NCBI GenBank assembly: GCA_964623315.1
Contig: CAZUSU010000031.1
Span: forward strand, 1 to 40,861
Length of the DNA: 40,861 nucleotides
Direction of reading: 5' to 3'
Source of the DNA: an uncultured Gammaproteobacteria bacterium
Lineage (GTDB): Bacteria > Patescibacteriota > Patescibacteriia > Magasanikbacterales > 2-02-FULL-50-9b
A model generated the notes under the pieces. That model was not told the DNA's origin. It saw nothing but the letters and a program-made list of their open reading frames with translations, and did no database searches. The translations under genes were made by a program, and so were the position numbers. This document shows, one piece after another, positions 9,227 through 18,504 of the stretch. Positions within the stretch are counted from its first letter, which is position 1. The number at the start of each line of letters is the position of its first letter.

Positions 9227-9919
9227 ATGGGTCATAAAGTTCACCCAAAAATTCATCGCATGATGCACCTGTGGATTTGGGATTCACGGTGGTTTCGCGA
9301 TAAAAAAACGTATCCGGCCGCTTTAGAAACCGATCATCGCTTGCGCGAATTTCTTAAAAAAGAGGTGCACGGCGCCGGATTGGACGGCATTAAAATTGAA
9401 CTGAACGAATACGACGTTACGCTTACGTTATTGGCCGCAAAGCCCGGTATGATTATTGGTCGCGGTGGCGCCGGTATAGAAGAATTGCGCAAAAAAATCG
9501 CGAAAAAGTTTTATGCGGGACGCAAAGATGTTGCAGTGCGCGTTAACGTGTTGGAGCTTTCCCATCCGAGTTTGTCTGCGGCGGCCATTGCAGAACAGAT
9601 GGCAATGGATTTGGAAAAACGCATGCCGTTCCGTCGCGTACTTAAAACTACCATAGAACGCGCAACGCGCGCCGGTGCACAAGGTATCAAGGTGGCGGTA
9701 TCCGGCCGTTTAAATGGCGCAGAAATTGCCCGTCGCGAATGGTTGTCTTGGGGTAAAGTGCCGCTTGCTACCATTCGTAGCGACGTTGATTTTGTGGTCA
9801 GTGAAGCGCACACCATCTATGGCACAATCGGTATCAAAGTATGGGTGTATAAGGGCGATAGATTTGGCCGCAAAGATAAATTTGCCGACGAAGCAAAAGA
9901 AAAAGTGTTTAGTAAATAA
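9227..9919 (+). CDS. rpsC: 30S ribosomal protein S3
   Basis: 230 aa; MGHKVHP, KH-domain GRGGAGIEELR. Confidence 0.97.
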   Translation: MGHKVHPKIHRMMHLWIWDSRWFRDKKTYPAALETDHRLREFLKKEVHGAGLDGIKIELNEYDVTLTLLAAKPGMIIGRGGAGIEELRKKIAKKFYAGRKDVAVRVNVLELSHPSLSAAAIAEQMAMDLEKRMPFRRVLKTTIERATRAGAQGIKVAVSGRLNGAEIARREWLSWGKVPLATIRSDVDFVVSEAHTIYGTIGIKVWVYKGDRFGRKDKFADEAKEKVFSK

Positions 9920-9921
9920 AT

Positions 9922-10335
9922 ATGTTAATCCCGCGTAAAGTAAAACATCGCAAGTGGCATAAAGGGCGCCGGCGCAACACCGGCGTTGCCACCACCAAAC
10001 TGACGGTTGCGTTTGGTACGTTTGGATTGCGCGCCAATACTTACGCATGGGTTACGTCGCGCCAGATTGAATCCGTACGTAAAGTGTTAACGCGTTATGT
10101 AAAAAAGGGCGGTAAAATCTGGATCCGCATTTTCCCCGACAAACCCATCACGAAAAAAGGCGCAGAAACGCCAATGGGTAAAGGCAAAGGCGCGGTGGAT
10201 CATTACGTCTGTATCATAAAACCGGGCACGGTGATGTTTGAAATGGATGGCGTTGCCGAGCCGCAAGTGCGCGAGGCGTTCCGGTTAGCCGGCCACAAAC
10301 TGCCTCTAAGGACCGACTTTGTTAAACGCATATGA
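9922..10335 (+). CDS. rplP: 50S ribosomal protein L16
   Basis: 137 aa; [12 protein letters not shown]-terminus. Confidence 0.97.
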   Translation: MLIPRKVKHRKWHKGRRRNTGVATTKLTVAFGTFGLRANTYAWVTSRQIESVRKVLTRYVKKGGKIWIRIFPDKPITKKGAETPMGKGKGAVDHYVCIIKPGTVMFEMDGVAEPQVREAFRLAGHKLPLRTDFVKRI

Positions 10336-10523
10336 CCTCTAAAGAGTTAAAAGAAAAAACGGTTGTAGAACTGCAGGTGCTCGCCGCAGAACAAGGCGAA
10401 CAGATTCGCGCACTGGAAACGGGCGTGCGCAGTGCCACGTTTAAACAAACGCATGAGGTCGCGGCTCTCAAGAAATCACGCGCACGCATCTTGACTCTTT
10501 TGTCACAGCGGAGTAGAGTGTAA
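10332..10523 (+). CDS. rpmC: 50S ribosomal protein L29
   Basis: 63 aa; ATGA overlap with rplP stop; operon position. Confidence 0.9.
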   Translation: MTSKELKEKTVVELQVLAAEQGEQIRALETGVRSATFKQTHEVAALKKSRARILTLLSQRSRV

Positions 10524-10527
10524 TCCT

Positions 10528-10794
10528 TTGTATATGGAAACCAAACCAACACATGAGCGCACATTTACCGGCACCATTATTTCCGTTGCAATGAACAAAA
10601 CAATCGTGGTGTCCATTGATCGTACCAAGGTACATCCCAAATACGGGAAGCAGTTTGTGCGTTCAAAAAAGTTTCACGTGCATGATGAGCGCGGCGGCCA
10701 CGCCGTAGGTCAGCAAGTGACGTTTGTTGAATGTCGGCCGCTTTCCAAAACCAAACGATGGCGCGTGGTTACACCGGTAAAACCAACCATATGA
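10528..10794 (+). CDS. rpsQ: 30S ribosomal protein S17
   Basis: 88 aa; [14 protein letters not shown]...HPKYGK; ATG 10534 is an alternative start. Confidence 0.93.
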   Translation: MYMETKPTHERTFTGTIISVAMNKTIVVSIDRTKVHPKYGKQFVRSKKFHVHDERGGHAVGQQVTFVECRPLSKTKRWRVVTPVKPTI

Positions 10795-11162
10795 TTCAGC
10801 ATCGTTCCATGATTGCCAGTGCCGATAACACCGGAGCCAAAAAACTCTATGTGTTTCGCGTACTCGGCGGTTACAAACAGCGATACGGATGTGTGGGTGA
10901 TTTGGTGGTGTGCAGTGTAAAAATTGCAGAGCCGCACGGTCAGGTAAAAAAGGGTGATATCGTCACGGTCGTTATGGTTAGACAGCGCAAGGAGTTGCGT
11001 CGCGCCGACGGCACCTACGTGCGATTTAGCGAAAATGCCGGCGTTATAGTTGATAAAAAAACAAAAGAACCAAAAGGGACGCGTATTTTTGGACCGGTGG
11101 CGCGCGAATTGCGCAATCTGGGGTATCAAAAAATCGTCTCATTAGCCCCCGAGGTGTTGTAA
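10791..11162 (+). CDS. rplN: 50S ribosomal protein L14
   Basis: ORF 10731-11162, start moved to ATG 10791 (MIQHRSMI...), ATGA overlap with rpsQ stop. Confidence 0.97.
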   Translation: MIQHRSMIASADNTGAKKLYVFRVLGGYKQRYGCVGDLVVCSVKIAEPHGQVKKGDIVTVVMVRQRKELRRADGTYVRFSENAGVIVDKKTKEPKGTRIFGPVARELRNLGYQKIVSLAPEVL

Positions 11163-11163
11163 T

Positions 11164-11487
11164 ATGATTAAAACAAAACTCAAAATTGGCGATCTCGTAC
11201 AGGTGATGACCGGCAAGAGCCGTGGCAAAACCGGAAAGATTCTTCAGGTATTCATCGCGAAAAATCGCGTGGTAGTTGAAGGCGCCAATCTCATGAAAAA
11301 GCATTTGCGTGCGCGGGGCGGTGCGCAAAAACAAAAGGGACAAATTATTGAACTGGCCGCGCCAATGCACCTGTCAAACGTCATGCTGGTGGATCCGTCA
11401 AACAATAAACCAACGCGCTTGCGCATTGAACGCCGCGAGGGCACTCGCACGCGCATTGCCCGCAAGACCGGAACCGTTATCTCGTAA
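11164..11487 (+). CDS. rplX: 50S ribosomal protein L24
   Basis: 107 aa, KOW motif GDLVQVMTGKSRGKTGKI. Confidence 0.95.
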   Translation: MIKTKLKIGDLVQVMTGKSRGKTGKILQVFIAKNRVVVEGANLMKKHLRARGGAQKQKGQIIELAAPMHLSNVMLVDPSNNKPTRLRIERREGTRTRIARKTGTVIS

Positions 11488-11489
11488 TT

Positions 11490-12038
11490 ATGAAACGACT
11501 CAAAGAACAATTCCGCACCACTATTGCACCGGCATTGGCCAAGGAGCTTTCTATTTCAAATAACAACGCCGTTCCGCGGGTGGTTAAGATTGTATTATCG
11601 GTTGGTACGGGCAAATTGGGCAAGGATGCCAAGCTCGTAGAGGCGGTGCAAAGCACGCTCACGCGCATTTCCGGCCAAAAGCCGGCAGAGACGCGTGCCA
11701 AAACGTCCATTTCAAATTTCAAACTGCGCGAAGGTACGGTTGTGGGTTACAAAGTAACGCTCCGTGGTACACGCATGTGGGACTTTTTGCAAAAATTGCT
11801 CCACGTGACGTTTGCGCGCGTGCGTGACTTCCGCGGCATCAGCGCCAAAGCGATTGATGCGCAAGGAAACATGTCACTTGGCTTCAAAGAGCATTTGGCT
11901 TTCCCCGAAATTCGTAATGACGAATTGGATACTCTACACGGTTTGGAAATTACGATTCACACGACCGCCGGTACGCGCGCACGTGGTGAAGCGTTGTTAC
12001 GCGCGTTTGGATTCCCCTTTAAGGATTCCGATAAGTAA
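11490..12038 (+). CDS. rplE: 50S ribosomal protein L5
   Basis: 182 aa, L5 family, operon position. Confidence 0.97.
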   Translation: MKRLKEQFRTTIAPALAKELSISNNNAVPRVVKIVLSVGTGKLGKDAKLVEAVQSTLTRISGQKPAETRAKTSISNFKLREGTVVGYKVTLRGTRMWDFLQKLLHVTFARVRDFRGISAKAIDAQGNMSLGFKEHLAFPEIRNDELDTLHGLEITIHTTAGTRARGEALLRAFGFPFKDSDK

Positions 12039-12043
12039 ATAGT

Positions 12044-12229
12044 ATGGCAACAGAATCACAAATTGCAAAAACAATTCGGAAACCGAAATTCACCACGCGC
12101 ATCGTACACCGCTGTTTTTGTTGCGGCCGTACGCGTGGGTATCTGCGCAAGTTTAATTTGTGCCGTATCTGTTTCCGTGAAAAAGCGAATCGCGGCGAGT
12201 TGCCCGGCGTTCGCAAATCTAGCTGGTAA
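12044..12229 (+). CDS. rpsN: 30S ribosomal protein S14, zinc-ribbon type Z
   Basis: 61 aa; C-x2-C-x12-C-x2-C ([20 protein letters not shown]). Confidence 0.95.
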   Translation: MATESQIAKTIRKPKFTTRIVHRCFCCGRTRGYLRKFNLCRICFREKANRGELPGVRKSSW

Positions 12230-12232
12230 GTT

Positions 12233-12631
12233 ATGATGACTGACCCTATCTCCGACATGCTCACCCGAATCCGCAATGGGTACCGCGCGCGCAAGCACGA
12301 GGTAACATTGCCGCATTCAAAAATGAAAGAAGCGGTTGCCTCCATTTTAGCGACCGAAGGTTTTGTCACCTCTGCAGAAAAAGTTGCAAGCAAAACCGGC
12401 GTCGGGAGCGACCTTAAAGTACGGCTTAAATATGCCGCCGGCAGACCGGCGCTCACAGAAGTGCACCGTGTTTCCACGCCGGGCCACCGCAAATACACCG
12501 GAAAAGATCGTTTGCCAACGGTATTGAGCGGGTTTGGTGTGGCAATCGTGTCCACCTCCCATGGCGTGATGACTAATCGGCAAGCAAAAAAAATCGGTGT
12601 GGGCGGCGAACTTATCTGCACCGTTTCGTAA
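12233..12631 (+). CDS. rpsH: 30S ribosomal protein S8
   Basis: 132 aa; TDPISDMLTRIRN N-terminus (ATG 12236 equally possible). Confidence 0.96.
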   Translation: MMTDPISDMLTRIRNGYRARKHEVTLPHSKMKEAVASILATEGFVTSAEKVASKTGVGSDLKVRLKYAAGRPALTEVHRVSTPGHRKYTGKDRLPTVLSGFGVAIVSTSHGVMTNRQAKKIGVGGELICTVS

Positions 12632-12637
12632 AATTAT

Positions 12638-13186
12638 ATGTCACGAATTGGCAAACAACTTATTATCCTACCGAGCGGCGTTGACGCCACGGTTGGCGAA
12701 CAAAAAATTACCATCAAGGGCCCCAAGGGCGTGCTTACTATCGCGGTGCATCCGCACGTTACGGTTATTAAAGACGGCCAATCGCTTTCTTTAAAGGTGT
12801 TGGATGAGACGGACAAAAGTGATCGCGCATTGTGGGGTTTGGTAGGCGCGCTCATTCGCAACATGCTTATTGGTGTGACGGCAGGTTACGAAAAGAAATT
12901 AGAATTGGTTGGTGTTGGTTATCGCGCCGCGATGCAGGGCAATGATATAAAATTGGAAGTAGGTTATTCGCATCCGGTTATTTTTCCGTTGCCTGCCGGC
13001 ATTTCCGGTACGGCAGAAAAAACAACCATCACTATTTCCGGCATTGATAAACAACTGGTCGGAGAAATTGCGTCACAAATTCGTCGTATTCGTAAACCAG
13101 AACCATATAAAGGCAAAGGTATTCGGTATGAAGGCGAGTACGTGCGTCGCAAAGCCGGTAAGGCGGCTAAATCGGTAGCTAAATAA
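12638..13186 (+). CDS. rplF: 50S ribosomal protein L6
   Basis: 182 aa; MSRIGKQLIILPSGV. Confidence 0.96.
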   Translation: MSRIGKQLIILPSGVDATVGEQKITIKGPKGVLTIAVHPHVTVIKDGQSLSLKVLDETDKSDRALWGLVGALIRNMLIGVTAGYEKKLELVGVGYRAAMQGNDIKLEVGYSHPVIFPLPAGISGTAEKTTITISGIDKQLVGEIASQIRRIRKPEPYKGKGIRYEGEYVRRKAGKAAKSVAK

Positions 13187-13192
13187 AAGCGT

Positions 13193-13561
13193 ATGAAAGA
13201 ATCACCACAAAATAAATTAATCCGTCGCGCGCGACGCCGCGCCGCCATTCGTGCACGGGTGCAGGGCACCGCAGAGCGTCCGCGCCTCTCCGTGTACCGT
13301 TCGCTCACTCAAATTCACGGTCAGCTTATTGACGACGCATCAGGAAAAACATTGGTCGCCGTTGCAACCGGCGAACTAAAGGGCCCTGCCGGTGAGCGCA
13401 CGGGCAAAGTGGCACAAAGTTATTTGGGTGGTAAAGCGCTCGCCGCCGCCGCGCAGGTAAAAAAAATAAAATCCGTCGTGTTTGATCGCGGTGGTTTTCG
13501 TTATCAAGGACGTGTGTCTGCATTTGCAGACGGCGCTCGTGACGGCGGTCTCCAATTTTAA
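13193..13561 (+). CDS. rplR: 50S ribosomal protein L18
   Basis: 122 aa; RPRLSVYRS..., FDRGGFRYQGRV. Confidence 0.95.
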   Translation: MKESPQNKLIRRARRRAAIRARVQGTAERPRLSVYRSLTQIHGQLIDDASGKTLVAVATGELKGPAGERTGKVAQSYLGGKALAAAAQVKKIKSVVFDRGGFRYQGRVSAFADGARDGGLQF

Positions 13562-13567
13562 AATTGT

Positions 13568-14215
13568 ATGTCAGAAGAAGAAAAGCAACAACCAGAAACA
13601 AGTATGACGGCCAGTCCGTTAGATATTGCGCCAGCCGTGCCACTTGAAGTAATGGTGCGCGGTTCGTTATCTGATACGGATGCAAAAGGTGGCGGTGGCG
13701 GCGGTGGCGGATCGCGCGGGAGGGGTGGCCGAGGGCGTCGCGATGATCGCGGCGGTCGCGAGAAAGAGGATAGAGAGTTTGAACAGGTAACGTTGGATTT
13801 GGCGCGCGTTACCCGTGTGACCAAAGGCGGTAAGCGCATGCGCTTCCGTGCCACGGTTATTGTTGGTGATGCCAAAGGCCGTGTCGGTTTTGCCACCAGC
13901 AAAGGCGTGGATGTGCAGGCATCGGTGTTGAAAGCATCTACGAAAGCAAAAAAGCGATTGATTACCATTCCGATGGTGAACGAAACGATTCCGCATATGG
14001 TTCGGGGAAAGTCCGGCGCCGCCGTGGTTATTGTTATGCCGGCCCCAAAGGGATCTGGAATTATTGCGGGAGGTCCGGTACGTACCACATTGCAATTGGC
14101 TGGTGTACCAAATGCCTCATCTAAAATTTTAGGTTCCAAAAATAAAATTAACAACGTGCGCGCCACCATTAAGGCGCTCTCACAGTTAAGACGCCCCGCT
14201 AATAAAACCGTATGA
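13568..14215 (+). CDS. rpsE: 30S ribosomal protein S5 with ~70-aa N-terminal extension containing a Gly8 run and RGG repeats
   Basis: 215 aa; S5 core RVTRVTKGGKRMRFRATVIVGD onward. Confidence 0.95.
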   Translation: MSEEEKQQPETSMTASPLDIAPAVPLEVMVRGSLSDTDAKGGGGGGGGSRGRGGRGRRDDRGGREKEDREFEQVTLDLARVTRVTKGGKRMRFRATVIVGDAKGRVGFATSKGVDVQASVLKASTKAKKRLITIPMVNETIPHMVRGKSGAAVVIVMPAPKGSGIIAGGPVRTTLQLAGVPNASSKILGSKNKINNVRATIKALSQLRRPANKTV

Positions 14216-14646
14216 CGCAACCACATTCCCTCAAACCAAAAAAAGGAACTCGTCGCGCATCGCATGCAGTGGGGCGCGGACACGGTTCCGGTATGGGCAC
14301 TACTGCGGGTCGCGGAACAAAGGGTCAGCGCGCGCGTTCCGGTGGGCGCCGCGGATTGGTGCTGTTCGGACTGAAGGCGTCAATTCAGACCTTACCAAAA
14401 CTACGTGGATTTCATTCTTTACAGACCAAGGCCGTTACCATTACGCTCGCACAATTGCGAGCGCGTCTTGGCGATGATACAATAGTGACGTCCGAATTAC
14501 TAAAAAAGTGGGGTCTCGTGCGCACACAAAAAACGCGTGCGAAAATTGTTGGCAATGCAACGGATAAAAAAATGTCCGTCACCGGCATCGCCATTTCCGC
14601 TGGCGCGCGCAAAGCAATAGAAGCCGCCGGCGGCTCGGTCGCGTAA
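14212..14646 (+). CDS. rplO: 50S ribosomal protein L15
   Basis: 144 aa; ATGA overlap with rpsE stop, so no room for rpmD. Confidence 0.95.
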   Translation: MTQPHSLKPKKGTRRASHAVGRGHGSGMGTTAGRGTKGQRARSGGRRGLVLFGLKASIQTLPKLRGFHSLQTKAVTITLAQLRARLGDDTIVTSELLKKWGLVRTQKTRAKIVGNATDKKMSVTGIAISAGARKAIEAAGGSVA

Positions 14647-14664
14647 TATTGGCAGAAAAAAACT

Positions 14665-15939
14665 ATGTGGGAACGAATTAAATTGGTGTGGGGAATTCCA
14701 GACCTTCGTCGGAGCATTCTGTTTATCGTGGGCATTTTGGTGTTATTTCGTTTTGCGGCGCACATTCCCATTCCGGGTATTGATATAGAAAAGCTCCGCG
14801 CATTTATCGGGCAAAATCAAATTGTCGGACTGTTTAATATTTTTTCCGGTGGCACGTTGGAAAATTTTTCTATCGTCATGATGGGCGTCGGTCCGTATAT
14901 TACTTCGTCTATTATTTTTCAGTTGCTTGGCATGATTGTGCCGTCCATTGAAGAGTTGCAAAAAGAAGGGGAGCAGGGCCAGCAAAAAATAAATCAGTGG
15001 ACGCGTTTGGCGTCCGTGCCGCTTTCATTGTTGCAGTCCTACGGCATGATTAATTTACTGCAACAATCTTCCTCCGGCATTTTTGTTGATCTCACCGCTT
15101 TCAAAATGGCAACGATTATGATTACGGTGACGGCCGGTACCCTCTTGCTCATGTGGTTGGGCGAACTGATTTCAGAAAAGCACATCGGCAACGGTATTTC
15201 CATTCTCATTTTTGCCGGCATTATTGCGGCATTGCCCACGGCTATTCAGAGAACGGTTTTGACGTTTGATGCGTCGCAAATTGCCGAAATTTTAGGATTT
15301 ATTGTGTTGGCGTTGGCAACGATTGTTGGCGTGGTGTTTGTGACGCAGGGTCAGCGCATCATTCCCATTCAATATGCGCGCGCGCAACGTGATGGGCGCA
15401 TGCAGGGTGGTGTATCAACACATCTGCCCATTCGCGTAAATATGGCCGGCGTTATTCCCATAATTTTTGCCATCTCGTTGGTACTTTTTCCACCACTGGT
15501 GGCACAATTTTTTGTGCGTGCGCAAACGCCGTTTGTGGCAGAAGCGGCACAGTGGGTCATCAAGATGTTCAATGACCAGTTGATCTACGGCATTTTATAT
15601 TTCATCTTGGTGTTCGGTTTTACTTTTTTCTACACGTCAATTGTGTTTCAGCCCACCAAAGTTGCAGAAAATTTGCAAAAGCAAGGCGGGTTTATTCCGG
15701 GCATTCGGCCGGGGGTGCCCACGGCAGATTATTTGGAACGTGTCACCAATCGCGTGCAGTTGGCGGGCGCCGCATTTTTGGCCGTGATCGCCATACTCCC
15801 TCTGTTGGTCCAACAGGTAACGGGTTCGCAGTCATTAGTTATTGGTGGCACATCGCTTCTCATCGTGGTATCGGTTGCCATTGAAACAATGAACAAAGTT
15901 GAATCGCAAATTACCATGCGTCAGTACGATTCATTATGA
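14665..15939 (+). CDS. secY: Preprotein translocase subunit SecY
   Basis: 424 aa, 10 hydrophobic segments, SecY sequence and position. Confidence 0.97.
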   Translation: MWERIKLVWGIPDLRRSILFIVGILVLFRFAAHIPIPGIDIEKLRAFIGQNQIVGLFNIFSGGTLENFSIVMMGVGPYITSSIIFQLLGMIVPSIEELQKEGEQGQQKINQWTRLASVPLSLLQSYGMINLLQQSSSGIFVDLTAFKMATIMITVTAGTLLLMWLGELISEKHIGNGISILIFAGIIAALPTAIQRTVLTFDASQIAEILGFIVLALATIVGVVFVTQGQRIIPIQYARAQRDGRMQGGVSTHLPIRVNMAGVIPIIFAISLVLFPPLVAQFFVRAQTPFVAEAAQWVIKMFNDQLIYGILYFILVFGFTFFYTSIVFQPTKVAENLQKQGGFIPGIRPGVPTADYLERVTNRVQLAGAAFLAVIAILPLLVQQVTGSQSLVIGGTSLLIVVSVAIETMNKVESQITMRQYDSL

Positions 15940-16577
15940 CGCAGTTTGAGGGTCAGCACCGATTAATTTTAATTGGTCCACAGGGTTCAGGCAAGGGAAC
16001 ACAAGGCGAGCTGTTACAGGTGTATTTGCAAATTCCGACCATTTCTACCGGCCAATTGTGTAGAACGGAAATAGAAAAAGGGACAGAACGCGGTGCGGCC
16101 ATTGCTTCTGCCGTGGCAAGTGGCACGTTGGTCGCCGATGAAACGGTAACTGCCATGCTCAAAGAACGGATCACTGAATATGATGCGACGGAAGGGTTTA
16201 TTATTGATGGTTTTCCGCGTACGGTGGCGCAGGCGCGCTCGTCGCTCGCATGGCTTTGTCCTACGCGCGTGATTGTTTTTGAACTTGATGATGTTTCTGC
16301 GGTGGAACGCATGTCCGCGCGTCGCGCCTGTCAAAAGTGTCGGTATAAAACAACGGCGACGTTTGTGGCGGCACACGGTGACACGTGTCCGCGTTGTTTT
16401 TCCAGATTGGTGCAACGCGACGACGACAATCCTCGCGCTATTGCACAACGGCTCGCCAGTTATCGCGCGACGTCGCAACCGATTATTGATTTTTACACGG
16501 AACACAAATTAGCGCAAAAATTTAATGCGTCGCTTTCCATTCCGCTCATTTTTATGGAAGTGGCGCATACGCTATGA
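15936..16577 (+). CDS. adk: Adenylate kinase with Cys4 zinc lid
   Basis: GPQGSGKGTQ P-loop; CQKC...CPRC lid; overlaps secY stop. Confidence 0.93.
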   Translation: MTQFEGQHRLILIGPQGSGKGTQGELLQVYLQIPTISTGQLCRTEIEKGTERGAAIASAVASGTLVADETVTAMLKERITEYDATEGFIIDGFPRTVAQARSSLAWLCPTRVIVFELDDVSAVERMSARRACQKCRYKTTATFVAAHGDTCPRCFSRLVQRDDDNPRAIAQRLASYRATSQPIIDFYTEHKLAQKFNASLSIPLIFMEVAHTL

Positions 16578-17380
16578 ATAATGACAGGGTAAAAACGCCA
16601 GAAGCGCTTGCGGCCATTCGTGCCGGTGGAATAATTTTGGGAAATGTTTTGGCCGCTGTTGCCGCAACCGTTGCGCCGGGCGTTACCACTAAATCACTTG
16701 ATGAACTGGCAGAAAAATTAATTCGCGCACACGGCGGCGTGCCGGCATTTTTAGGGTATCGTGTTTCCACAAAAGATCCGCCATTTCCGGCAACGCTGTG
16801 TGTGTCAGTGAACGATGAAGTGGTGCACGGCATTCCTTCAGCGACGCGCGTACTGGTTGAGGGAGACATTATTGGTTTGGATATTGGCATGGCGTGGGCG
16901 CCGACTGGCGCGAGCCGACAATATTTTACGGACACCGCAGTGACGGTTGCCGTAGGAAACATTTCAGATGAACGCTCTGCGCTCATGAAGCGTACGCAGG
17001 CATCGCTTGAGGCCGGTATTGCCGCGGCGCGTTCCGGCGCATACATTCATGACATCAGCCATGCCATTCAAACATCGCTCGCCGCATATCCGTACGGGAT
17101 CGTGCGCGATCTCGTGGGGCACGGAGTCGGTTATGCGGTACACGAACCGCCACAGGTGCCAAATTATTTTGAAGCGCGGGCGCCGCGTGTGGAATTAATT
17201 TCCGGCATGGTGTTGGCGCTGGAGCCAATGGTTAACCTCGGTGGCGCCGCCGTGTTTACGGATACGGATGGCTGGACCATAAAAACGCGCGACAAAAGCG
17301 CCAGCGCGCACTACGAGCACACCATTATTATCACCGACACGGGCGCAGAGGTTGTCACGAGACGGCCGGATGGTGCATAA
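16574..17380 (+). CDS. map: Methionine aminopeptidase type I
   Basis: 268 aa; pita-bread fold metal ligand context (DIGMA, GHGVGYAVHE, LEPMV, EHT). Confidence 0.95.
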   Translation: MNNDRVKTPEALAAIRAGGIILGNVLAAVAATVAPGVTTKSLDELAEKLIRAHGGVPAFLGYRVSTKDPPFPATLCVSVNDEVVHGIPSATRVLVEGDIIGLDIGMAWAPTGASRQYFTDTAVTVAVGNISDERSALMKRTQASLEAGIAAARSGAYIHDISHAIQTSLAAYPYGIVRDLVGHGVGYAVHEPPQVPNYFEARAPRVELISGMVLALEPMVNLGGAAVFTDTDGWTIKTRDKSASAHYEHTIIITDTGAEVVTRRPDGA

Positions 17381-17403
17381 TGAGTTCATGAGACATTATT
17401 TTT

Positions 17404-17808
17404 ATGCCACTACTTGGTTTTGATTTTGGTGACGCGCGCATCGGTGTTGCCATTGTGCCGGACGATACGTCCTTTGCTCTGCCGCTCACTACCATAGATG
17501 GTGCGCCGGAAGCGCGCGACGCCGCAATTTTGGATTTGGTTAAGAAACATTCGCCACACAAAATTATTGTGGGCCTTCCCATAACCATGCGTGGTAAAGA
17601 GGGTGAGCAAGCAGAAGTGGCGCGTGCATTTGCCCGCGAAATTAATGAAAAATTTGGTGTTGAAGTTGAATTGATTGACGAACGCATGACATCCGCGAGT
17701 GCCGTGGCGGCGGGCGCAGTGGACATTGACGCGTCGTCGGCCGCATTTATTTTGGATACGTATTTAGCAAAGGCGGGTACCGGTGTGCGCGATGAATTTG
17801 ACCTATAA
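17404..17808 (+). CDS. ruvX: YqgF/RuvX-family putative pre-16S rRNA nuclease / Holliday junction resolvase-like
   Basis: LGFDFGDARIGVA..., VGLPITMRGKEGEQA, DERMTS. Confidence 0.85.
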   Translation: MPLLGFDFGDARIGVAIVPDDTSFALPLTTIDGAPEARDAAILDLVKKHSPHKIIVGLPITMRGKEGEQAEVARAFAREINEKFGVEVELIDERMTSASAVAAGAVDIDASSAAFILDTYLAKAGTGVRDEFDL

Positions 17809-18445
17809 CGATCGCGCGTTGGTTCTGCGGCGGGAGCGCTGGCGCGAAAACGATAAACGCGTCACGCTTTATACGTTTGAGCATGGAAAAATTGACGCCG
17901 TTGCCGTGGGTGCGTCGCGGATTTTAAGTAAACTGGGGTCACATTTGGAACCGCTCTGTGAAGCGTCGGTGATGATTGCGGCGGGGCGGCGCGGAAGTGG
18001 AGAAAAAATTGCACAGGCCGTAACGGAGCGTGTTTTTATCGGTTCAAACAATGACACTTTTTTTAGTGAACGCGTTGCGGCTTTAGGACTTGTTGCGCGC
18101 GTCGTTGATCATTTTACCGAACGCTACGCGCCAGATCCGTCGCTGTATGCATTGGCGCGCGAAGGGTGGCATACGCTTTCGCGACAACCAACGGCAGAGC
18201 TTTTGTCCGGCGAATTAGGAATTATTTTGTACGCACTACTCGCGCACGCCGGATCTGCGCCGCAATTTGAGCGATGCGTAGTGTGTAGCCAGAGTGGCGC
18301 AGATATTTCGTTTAAAAAATTTTCCGCATCCGAGGGAGGGGTAGTGTGCACCGACTGTCCGACGCCGCGCGATGCCGTGTTGTTTAGCGCACCGACGCCG
18401 CGCGTTATGTATATAAAAGAATTTTTGCGCTGGCGGGGCGTGTGA
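17783..18445 (+). CDS. recO: DNA repair protein RecO
   Basis: OB-fold N-terminus (ALVLRRERWRENDKRVTLYT), CxxC...CxxC zinc motif; ATG 17792 is an alternative start. Confidence 0.8.
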   Translation: MCAMNLTYNDRALVLRRERWRENDKRVTLYTFEHGKIDAVAVGASRILSKLGSHLEPLCEASVMIAAGRRGSGEKIAQAVTERVFIGSNNDTFFSERVAALGLVARVVDHFTERYAPDPSLYALAREGWHTLSRQPTAELLSGELGIILYALLAHAGSAPQFERCVVCSQSGADISFKKFSASEGGVVCTDCPTPRDAVLFSAPTPRVMYIKEFLRWRGV

Positions 18446-18504
18446 TTGTCATTTTTGGTTGGTGCGTGTAATCTGTATCTGACCAGAACCAACGGGAGGT
18501 AGTC

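Noticed and set aside
13686-13760. GGN/CGN short tandem repeats resembling a microsatellite
   Set aside because: They are in frame within rpsE and encode the Gly8/RGG tail. This is not a CRISPR array or a non-coding repeat.
12019-14283. Long minus-strand ORFs (200 aa at 12019-12621, 241 aa at 13558-14283, and others) within the r-protein cluster
   Set aside because: They are antisense to unambiguous ribosomal protein genes and have low-complexity composition.
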